Positions 56,401-63,763 of a stretch of 64,000 nt of DNA are shown piece by piece. The stretch covers positions 142,496 through 206,495 of IMG/VR virus record IMGVR_UViG_3300009537_002640; one strand, given 5' to 3'. How positions within the stretch are numbered: position 1 is the first letter of the stretch; each line of letters begins with the position of its first letter. The position numbers and the translations under genes were made by a program. The notes beneath the pieces are model-generated. The model had not been told where the DNA came from. It saw nothing but the letters and a program-made list of their open reading frames with translations, and did not search any database.

Positions 56401-57177
56401 TTATCGAGTCGAATCCCCGTAAGGACTCTCTAAATTACCATACCCGCTGTAAAAATAGGCATCGCTAAAGCCTTGAAACATACCAGCATTCTGATTATCA
56501 GTCACTCCTGTGCCAACTCTACCGTTAGAGCGAACCAAATCATCTAGCCCGTCTAGTGCCTCATCTGAGTTGTAGTACTCTGCCATCTCTTCTAACTCTT
56601 CGTCAGTCAATTCTGGCTCAGGAGGCATATTTTCAAGTGCCTCTAGCTCTTCTTCAGTATACTCTTTAACAGCATTATCCAACTCAGTGGCTTCTTCAAA
56701 TCGACCTTTTTCATCTAAGTCAGATGCTATTTGTAGAAGCCTAGCAGCTAATCGTGCAGATTCTGGTACATTAAACATACTATAACCTCCGCCTGTGCCA
56801 TCTCCACCTATATAACCCTGATTTTCAACGTTAGATTGCTCTTCCGGAATATAATCGGATGTCAAATCCTCTAAAGATGAGTCAATTGCTGCCATTGTAT
56901 CATAAAGAACCTTTGCCTTATCTATGAATCCGGCTTCTTCCAGATACTTAGCAAGGTCTGAAAGCTTAGACAAAGTGTGGGTTTCGGCATCCATACTATC
57001 ATTAGCATCGTCGTCTTTGTGTTTAAAGTACTCTACCTGCTGCTCTCTCTTTTCAGCCTGGCCACGGGAACTATAAGGGCCGCCAAGCTGTTTACGCTTG
57101 CCGTCCTTACCCTTCTTTCGAGAGAATAGCACGTATCCTTTGTCGGTTTTCCTAATGATTGCTGTTTTTATTAGCAT
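56401..57177 (-). CDS. Putative internal head protein with two hairpin tags, 258 aa
   Basis: LIKTA N-terminus, small basic domain (GYVLFS..KQLGGPY.SRGQAEKREQQVEYFKH), two copies of the tag. Confidence 0.65.
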   Translation of the reverse strand: MLIKTAIIRKTDKGYVLFSRKKGKDGKRKQLGGPYSSRGQAEKREQQVEYFKHKDDDANDSMDAETHTLSKLSDLAKYLEEAGFIDKAKVLYDTMAAIDSSLEDLTSDYIPEEQSNVENQGYIGGDGTGGGYSMFNVPESARLAARLLQIASDLDEKGRFEEATELDNAVKEYTEEELEALENMPPEPELTDEELEEMAEYYNSDEALDGLDDLVRSNGRVGTGVTDNQNAGMFQGFSDAYFYSGYGNLESPYGDSTR

Positions 57178-57184
57178 ATCGCAC

Positions 57185-57553
57185 TTATTCCTTAGTTTCC
57201 GGTGTTAATCGTTTATCTCGTATATCTTTAGATACTTCTTTCCAGGCTGGCTGTAATACTATAATGTCGTGCTGGCCATTTTGTCTGATAGCCGCCACAA
57301 AGAAAAATGTCTTAGACTTTCTTATTTCCGCTTTTTCGCCAGAACGCAAAGTGAATCTAGTTAATGGCTCAGCATTAGCATAGTCCCAAGCCATTATCTC
57401 GTGTATATCTCTTTTTTTTAACCCTTGCATTTTAGGGTCGTTTGCAAATAGTCTTTGCCAATATTCACGCGCAGAACGGCTTACACCTACACCAGCACTG
57501 GTAGGGGTAAACACGCCGCATTTGTAAATATCGTGTCGAATAGATAACATCAT
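57185..57553 (-). CDS. Hypothetical protein, about 122 aa
   Basis: Start refined to 57553 (ATGA overlap). Confidence 0.5.
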   Translation of the reverse strand: MMLSIRHDIYKCGVFTPTSAGVGVSRSAREYWQRLFANDPKMQGLKKRDIHEIMAWDYANAEPLTRFTLRSGEKAEIRKSKTFFFVAAIRQNGQHDIIVLQPAWKEVSKDIRDKRLTPETKE

Positions 57554-58260
57554 TTTCCAACTAGTCGCAAAAATCTCTCTATCTTGTGTGATGGAATGCA
57601 TATCCCTAAATGGTCAAATGCTGTATGCCCCATGGAAAGTAGACCTATAACCTCTCCGCTATCATTGAATACAGGGCTACCGGAGTTTCCTCCTGCTGCC
57701 GCTGCCGATATGATAAGCCTATCTCGGATTAATGGAGTAACATCTTTTGACGGATTGATAACCACACCAGGCTCTTCATACATCATAAACCCCAATGGTG
57801 CGCCCACTAACATCACTTTGTCTTTTCGCTTCACTGTACTATAGTCAGCGAACTTAACAGGCTTTAGATTATGCTTTGGTAGTCTCATCAAACAAAGGTC
57901 GTTTGATTCATCCATCTCCAGCATCTCTACGCCGTTTCGTTGTATCTCTACATCTTCTAGTAGATACGTTAACTTGATATTGTCTTCTAGTATGTCCATT
58001 ACTTGAAGCTCAAATATAGCAACACAGACATGACCAGCTGTTATTAAATGGTCTTCATCATAAGCAAAAGCAGTTCCGTTGATCTCGTTAACACTTTTTC
58101 TCGCTTTTACTGAAACCATGCCCACTGAGCGGGCAAGGTTGGTTGGCAAATCCTCTCTTCTAGCTTCCTCTTGCTGAGTAACTACTACTGGCTCGGGAGC
58201 ATGTACATTTATAGAACACCCCGTAAGCATTAACACTAGTAGCACAAAGATGCGTTTCAT
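57550..58260 (-). CDS. Lipoprotein trypsin-fold (S1/HtrA-like) serine protease, 236 aa
   Basis: MKRIFVLLVLMLTG-C lipobox signal; TAGH, DLCL and GNSGSP catalytic triad motifs; no PDZ domain. Confidence 0.88.
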   Translation of the reverse strand: MKRIFVLLVLMLTGCSINVHAPEPVVVTQQEEARREDLPTNLARSVGMVSVKARKSVNEINGTAFAYDEDHLITAGHVCVAIFELQVMDILEDNIKLTYLLEDVEIQRNGVEMLEMDESNDLCLMRLPKHNLKPVKFADYSTVKRKDKVMLVGAPLGFMMYEEPGVVINPSKDVTPLIRDRLIISAAAAGGNSGSPVFNDSGEVIGLLSMGHTAFDHLGICIPSHKIERFLRLVGK

Positions 58261-58886
58261 TCGTCTGAGGAACGCTCTTTGGTTTTTGCCATTGTATCTA
58301 ACATGTCATCAAACTGACTAGCTAGTTTGGTGTCTCCTTGCTCATCTAAAAAGCTTGCAATTGAAACCAGGTCCTCTGGTTGCATCCTTAAGCCTACTCG
58401 CTGAGCCAGGTCAGCCACTACTTCATCAATAGCCCTGGCCTCGTCATAAAGACCATCCTTATCTAGCTTGTAAGCAACTTTGAATAATTTAGCTAACATG
58501 GAATCCCTCCTTAAACTAGATTCTTTTTCTAACTCCTTCTGAAGCTCAATTTCCTTCTTCAGCAAGAATGATAGACGTTTTGCCTCTTCTTCTGTTATAT
58601 CATCTCTTTCCTTTAGGCGATGTATGTTCTCTGCAACCTCATCGAGTTGCTTTCGTGTTCGTTCTTTGGATGCCTTCTTTTCTGGAACTCGGTCCCGTTT
58701 AGATATTTGCTTTCTTTTCTTTTCAGTGAGATTATGAAACCATATATCTCCTATAGTGGCAGCTATCTGTTCCTCAGAGTACTCAGGAGAGTTTTTCTTT
58801 ATCTCCTTTTTCATCTTATCAAACCACTTCTTAGGTGGGCGTTGTTTCTTTTGAGATTTTTCTTTTGCAATTACCCGTTGAGTCAT
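58257..58886 (-). CDS. Basic helical protein with two hairpin tags, about 209 aa
   Basis: Start refined to 58886 (AAGGAG RBS); LFKVAYKLDKDGLYDEARAIDEVV and LVSIASFLDEQGDTKLASQFDDML. Confidence 0.65.
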   Translation of the reverse strand: MTQRVIAKEKSQKKQRPPKKWFDKMKKEIKKNSPEYSEEQIAATIGDIWFHNLTEKKRKQISKRDRVPEKKASKERTRKQLDEVAENIHRLKERDDITEEEAKRLSFLLKKEIELQKELEKESSLRRDSMLAKLFKVAYKLDKDGLYDEARAIDEVVADLAQRVGLRMQPEDLVSIASFLDEQGDTKLASQFDDMLDTMAKTKERSSDE

Positions 58887-58897
58887 TTGAAAGCTCC

Positions 58898-59218
58898 TTA
58901 TACAATATCTCGTGTCTTTCCGTTTCGTGGACGGCCATAGTGAACAGTAGAGGTGGTGCTGTCGCTTAGGCGGAAGCCAGAACCTACTTCCCAAAACATT
59001 TTGACAAAATCTTCGCTTATGTAAAACTCATTACCTTTATCGTTCCTAAGCTTTAGAATACCACAGTCTTCATCGTAATCTATAGGGGTAGCGATAACGA
59101 TTGTGTAGGACTGTGCATCACCATCAGCATAAGATAGCCACTCAGAATCCAGGTCGATAAAAAGCTCTAACTTCTTGTTAAGAAAGTTAGTAGCTATGAA
59201 TTTGCCATTTTTTGCCAT
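58898..59218 (-). CDS. Small beta-rich hypothetical protein (possible Sm-like barrel), 106 aa
   Basis: GAGG RBS; beta-strand pattern only, fold call tentative. Confidence 0.55.
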   Translation of the reverse strand: MAKNGKFIATNFLNKKLELFIDLDSEWLSYADGDAQSYTIVIATPIDYDEDCGILKLRNDKGNEFYISEDFVKMFWEVGSGFRLSDSTTSTVHYGRPRNGKTRDIV

Positions 59219-59230
59219 TTTAATCCTCTA

Positions 59231-59629
59231 TTAAGTATTGTATCGGGCTTTTCCACGAGTACCAACATATTTTAGTCGTATATGTCTATTGGACGCATCA
59301 ACTTCCCAAATTGCCGCATAAGCTGATCTTCCGCCTGTTAAATGACAATGAAAGAGTCCAGAAGATAATAGTTTACTAAAGTTAGGCCATTTATACAGGT
59401 ATGGACTTTTTTTCAGATCCGTAATAAGATTATGTGCAGTTTCTTGAATCCGCTTGGGCAATTTCGAAATCCCCTTTAATACTGACTTCGGAATATCCAC
59501 AGTCCATTCTTTTGCAGTTTCTGGGTCGGAAGAGTATGAAATTAATATCTCATCTATTTGATCAGCAATATCATAATATCCTAGTTTGTCTAGTCTATTA
59601 GCCACATTGCACAGTGTTTTCAAAAACAT
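59231..59629 (-). CDS. RelE/ParE-superfamily toxin-like domain with N-terminal hairpin tag, 132 aa
   Basis: WTVDIPKSVLKGISKLPKRIQ...FSKL...FHCHLTGG..YAAIWEV...IRLKYVGTRGKARY matches a RelE-like pattern; GGAGG RBS. Confidence 0.7.
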   Translation of the reverse strand: MFLKTLCNVANRLDKLGYYDIADQIDEILISYSSDPETAKEWTVDIPKSVLKGISKLPKRIQETAHNLITDLKKSPYLYKWPNFSKLLSSGLFHCHLTGGRSAYAAIWEVDASNRHIRLKYVGTRGKARYNT

Positions 59630-62600
59630 TATTCCCCTCCATTTCCCTGTATAGCTCTAGTCGTCCCGCTCGTTTTGACAAAGCTTTTGGTTTAGAGCTG
59701 GCAAATCTAGAATCCCTTTTGAGTTTAGCAACAGAATCATAAAACATTACCATCTCGTATGGAACGTCCAGTACGTTTCTATTATCCTCTATTCGTATGC
59801 TCTTATGTGGAGGCATCTTTTCAAGAACATTCTGTATTGTCTTCAAGTAGCTGTCTGAAAGTGCACCAGGAACATCAAAGGTAGAAAACATATCCATTTT
59901 AGCAACCCTCATCCAACCCTTAGATAATGCATCCTCATAAGTAGGTTCTTCGTCCGGACCAAAGTAACCAAAAAACTCTGGATGGTCCTTTATAAAGAGT
60001 ATATGTCCATTAGGCGCATCATAGAGCTTGCCATCCGGAGAAAACCACCAGGCATTGTAATCTGCTCGCTTAGATAGTGATTTCTTACCAAATGGAATAC
60101 GCTTCTTATTTCCACAGCTCCATACTTGAACATGGTTAGCTGTCCAAGAACCACTTGGTACTTCGCCATCGAACTTCTCTTTAGGTGGTTCCATGTATTC
60201 AAGTGTCACGTGAGGTTTGTAGGATGGAAAATGATCATCAACCTCTACGCCTGCTTCAATCAAAGCTTTTTTCAGTGCCTTGTGCAACTTATGTAACTCT
60301 TTGGACACCACAGCCATCTTAGCAATCTTACAATTATCAGAATGCTTGGTTGCAGGAAAGTAAGTCGGCTTCTTATCTAGTTCTAACTTTATAGGGCTAA
60401 AGTCCTTGATAACATCACGTACCACGCCATACACAGTCTCCTGCTTTTTCTCAGGCACATCTCCTATGTACAATACTGTTACATGAGTGGCGCTATCGTC
60501 GTGTTCGCCTAAAGAGGGAAATTGCTTAGACATGTCTTTTGGCAGAAGTATAAACACACCAGCACCATGTTTTCTGTCCTTTTTCTTCTCGTCTCTTTTA
60601 GAAAGCTTCTTTACGCCATCCCTAATTGATAGTGATTTCTTGCTTACCATTTCCTCTGCCCACTCTGGCAGTTCAAGCTCCATCTTATTAGGGTCTTTTA
60701 TGTTGCGTGCATTATTGGCGCTCTCTATGTAGTCAGGATAGTCCTTGTCCAAACCTAAGTCAAAGAAGGAATCAGGGTTGGTATCTACTAATTGAACTAT
60801 TGCGCCGCGACCAAGCTCAGGGAACTTATGATGTAAGTGATAGTAGAAGAATGCACGTGCATCTTGCTGAGACAAAGCCTCAGCTGCAGCTTCTAGTAAC
60901 TCCTTAAACTCATCTTCTTCGCGCTCATGATACTTGAATACAAAATAGAACTTGGCATTGTCCTCTAACATGTTTTTCAATGCAAGAGCCTCTTCCTCTG
61001 GGCATTCTTTATGTAGCCCGCGATAGAAGAATGCATCAGGGTCGTTCTCTGCTAATTGTTTAGCTTCGTTGTCGCTAACATCGTGAATATCGTGCTCTGG
61101 CTCTTCCTCGTCTCTGTGTCTAAAGATAGGAGCCTTCTCAAACCAGTCACCCATCTCATCATCTTCGCCATGACCCATGTCTTCGTCATTAAGCTCATTG
61201 TTGATTTCAAATATAAGGTCTGGCACAGTTTGATTGTGTGCTATTTTGAAAGCATCAGCAAACTTGCTAACTATTTCATTAGGCACACCAGATGCCACCA
61301 TGTCTTCATACAGATACGGAGCTATGGTTATTTGGTCATAGTACTCTGGCTCTGCATAAGCTCTACCCAAATACCTCTGCTTGGCACTCGTTAAAGCCTG
61401 TGGGTCGAACTTAGCTTCGTATATGTTGACATGAACAGCATTATTTACCGGCTCAATTTTAGCCGTCATTCTCACCGGGACATCTTTGTCTCCTGACAAT
61501 ACCTTTACCGCTCTAGCTATAGCATTTAGGTCTGCTCCAGAAACATCAAATGCTGTTCCCTTAAGGTGTGCTGGATGTTTCTCTGGCACTTTAGGCGGGC
61601 CAACTATGTAGCGAAATTGCTTAGTCAGAATCCTGGCCTTTTGTGCAGGGTCAGTTACAGTAGGGTAGTATATGTTAGCACGATATCTTTTCCACGCATT
61701 TTCAATGATTTTAGTCTGGTCTTCTAGTGTGCGAGAGCCAGAAGTTAAACGTGCCCCAGGTGGTAAAAATGGGCTTAGCATTGCCCATGCACTTAGTATA
61801 GTTTCATTAATCTTAGCCCTAGGAGAAATATTTAGTGCTTTCCTCTGATCCTCAGATAACTGCACTCCTCCCTCCTCTTTAGGAACAACACTTACAGATG
61901 GAGAAAGTTTCTCTTTCATTTCCCTAACTCTCTCTGTATGCTGCTCGGTTAGCGCCCTAACAGATAGTGATTGGCGCTTAACCATACGAGGCTGTTGTTT
62001 TTGATAAAGAGCGGCAACGAAATCTTTCATAGGAGGCATGACAACACTGCTGCCCAAAACTACATGAATAGCGTTATTGGCTGGCTCCACCAAAGAGCTT
62101 ATAACCTGAATAGAGCCAGGGAACGCTGCAGCAACCTCCATAAGGGTCTTATTAATGGCCCTAAGATTACTTCCAGTAATATCAAATGCTACACCTTCCT
62201 GATGTTCAGACTCGCCAACGAAAGCTATATCTGGTACCTGTACACCCTTAGGAGACTTATTCCTAATATAGCTTACCATTTGATTGAGGCGCCTCTTCTC
62301 TCTGCGATTAAAATCCTTGTCGTTTACGGCCTTCCAATACATTACTCTCAACTCTTGGTCTGTTATCCCAAGCTCTTTAGAGAAAGTAGTATGATAGACA
62401 CCCTGGTTTCGCTTCCACTCGCCAGGCTTACCAGCGTAACTTCTCCAGTACTCCAAAACTATCTTGGCCTGTTCACCTGCGCCACGATAAGCACTACTAA
62501 GGTATGTATTGTTTGGCATAAACGGAGCTATTATTCTCCATGCGCGTTCAATGCTTGGGGTTAACGTCGCGGACTCGTACACATTAGTGACGTTTTTATT

Positions 62601-63470
62601 AACGTCTACCAGTTGTGCATAGTTCTCCCATCGAGACGGGTCAGTTACCGGCGCGTTTACATCTACAGGTGGAGTAGGAGTATGCTTAATGGTGCTTACA
62701 GGAAGCTCTTCTTCCTCCATATATGATTGCGCTCGTATGCTAAAAGCCTTCTTTTCCTTTTTCTCTTCTTTACCTTCGTGCTTTTCTACAAGTTCAGGGT
62801 CAAGATACTGATTCTTGAGAGTAGAGGCTTTGTGACCAACTATATCTGCCACCTCCTCTAGTGCCTCTTTAAAATCCTTCTTCTTTAACATTTCCTTCAT
62901 AAGACGATTGGCGTGAAACCCTCGCAAATCTTTAGCGCTGATATCAAATGGTTTCAGATATCTATTAACGGCACGATCCCAAATCTTCTTACCATCGATT
63001 TCAAATATGAAGTCATCAGCCTTTTTACCCTTCATAAGGTCTCTGATAGCCTTAATAACCTCATTATTTTCAAGCACAACGTTTTGTTCCACTTCACCTT
63101 TTCCAGGAAAATCAAAAGTCATTTTCCCTGAGCCGCCCTTAACGTGCTTTACTTTAAGAGTAGATGCTCCGTAGGTTCCTTCACGAGCAGATTCCTCATT
63201 ACCAATGCGCATAGCTGTCTCATCCATAATTCCAACTATGGCTGCAATAGCTTTGGTTCGTTCATCATCGGACTTTAGGTCTTCGCGATACTGCTTACGC
63301 ACCTTATCAAGCTCTTTTTCCAACTTCTTGAGCTTATCTTTCTTCTCTTCCCAGCGCTTTTCAACATGCTTCTCGTCGTATACCCACACGTATCCCTTAT
63401 CGGTCTTCTTCTTTTCCTTGTAAGCCGGTTTGTCAGAGGTAACTTTTGCTCGTTTACTTAGCAGGTTCAT
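59598..63470 (-). CDS. Polyvalent polyprotein: DNA topoisomerase IB + two M15 Zn-peptidases + 4 helical repeats + 2H phosphoesterase + C-terminal domain, 1290 aa
   Basis: TopIB R88, K124, K180/R183, H213, Y222; M15 motifs S[AG]xR..H..G.AFD..H twice (H423/D430/H469 and H635/D642/H680); HVT996-998 and HVT1087-1089. Confidence 0.85.
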   Translation of the reverse strand: MNLLSKRAKVTSDKPAYKEKKKTDKGYVWVYDEKHVEKRWEEKKDKLKKLEKELDKVRKQYREDLKSDDERTKAIAAIVGIMDETAMRIGNEESAREGTYGASTLKVKHVKGGSGKMTFDFPGKGEVEQNVVLENNEVIKAIRDLMKGKKADDFIFEIDGKKIWDRAVNRYLKPFDISAKDLRGFHANRLMKEMLKKKDFKEALEEVADIVGHKASTLKNQYLDPELVEKHEGKEEKKEKKAFSIRAQSYMEEEELPVSTIKHTPTPPVDVNAPVTDPSRWENYAQLVDVNKNVTNVYESATLTPSIERAWRIIAPFMPNNTYLSSAYRGAGEQAKIVLEYWRSYAGKPGEWKRNQGVYHTTFSKELGITDQELRVMYWKAVNDKDFNRREKRRLNQMVSYIRNKSPKGVQVPDIAFVGESEHQEGVAFDITGSNLRAINKTLMEVAAAFPGSIQVISSLVEPANNAIHVVLGSSVVMPPMKDFVAALYQKQQPRMVKRQSLSVRALTEQHTERVREMKEKLSPSVSVVPKEEGGVQLSEDQRKALNISPRAKINETILSAWAMLSPFLPPGARLTSGSRTLEDQTKIIENAWKRYRANIYYPTVTDPAQKARILTKQFRYIVGPPKVPEKHPAHLKGTAFDVSGADLNAIARAVKVLSGDKDVPVRMTAKIEPVNNAVHVNIYEAKFDPQALTSAKQRYLGRAYAEPEYYDQITIAPYLYEDMVASGVPNEIVSKFADAFKIAHNQTVPDLIFEINNELNDEDMGHGEDDEMGDWFEKAPIFRHRDEEEPEHDIHDVSDNEAKQLAENDPDAFFYRGLHKECPEEEALALKNMLEDNAKFYFVFKYHEREEDEFKELLEAAAEALSQQDARAFFYYHLHHKFPELGRGAIVQLVDTNPDSFFDLGLDKDYPDYIESANNARNIKDPNKMELELPEWAEEMVSKKSLSIRDGVKKLSKRDEKKKDRKHGAGVFILLPKDMSKQFPSLGEHDDSATHVTVLYIGDVPEKKQETVYGVVRDVIKDFSPIKLELDKKPTYFPATKHSDNCKIAKMAVVSKELHKLHKALKKALIEAGVEVDDHFPSYKPHVTLEYMEPPKEKFDGEVPSGSWTANHVQVWSCGNKKRIPFGKKSLSKRADYNAWWFSPDGKLYDAPNGHILFIKDHPEFFGYFGPDEEPTYEDALSKGWMRVAKMDMFSTFDVPGALSDSYLKTIQNVLEKMPPHKSIRIEDNRNVLDVPYEMVMFYDSVAKLKRDSRFASSKPKALSKRAGRLELYREMEGNNVFENTVQCG

Positions 63471-63753
63471 TAATGTTCTCCGGGTCTAAGTTGCGTACGT
63501 ATCGTTTGTTTCTTGTCATCCAATCTAATAGTTTGCCCAGGTTTCTAATTACAACTCTTCTGTGCCATGTGGGCTCCATAGTGCAAAGTGTATCGTATAT
63601 ATGTCGTGCTGTCTTAATAACCTCATCAGCGTGCGAAGGACTAGAGTGCTTTTTGGCAATATCGAACTCTATTTTGAGTGTTCGCATAGCTTTATTGATA
63701 GTGTGAGTATTCTCGTAGTCCAAGAATATGTTCATTTTTGCCAGCATATTCAT
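63454..63753 (-). CDS. Hypothetical helical protein, 99 aa
   Basis: Intact ORF, AAGGG RBS. Confidence 0.5.
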   Translation of the reverse strand: MNMLAKMNIFLDYENTHTINKAMRTLKIEFDIAKKHSSPSHADEVIKTARHIYDTLCTMEPTWHRRVVIRNLGKLLDWMTRNKRYVRNLDPENINEPAK

Positions 63754-63763
63754 GAGCTAACCC

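Noticed and set aside
57550-58260. S1 protease as the enzyme cutting the K/R-containing linker motifs
   Set aside because: It has an export/lipoprotein signal and Ala rather than Asp at the trypsin S1 position (AAAGGNSG); the prohead protease is the better candidate
59598-59629. Frameshift fusion of the polyprotein to the RelE-like ORF
   Set aside because: The RelE-like ORF has its own ATG and strong GGAGG RBS, and there is no in-frame X XXY YYZ heptamer in the overlap
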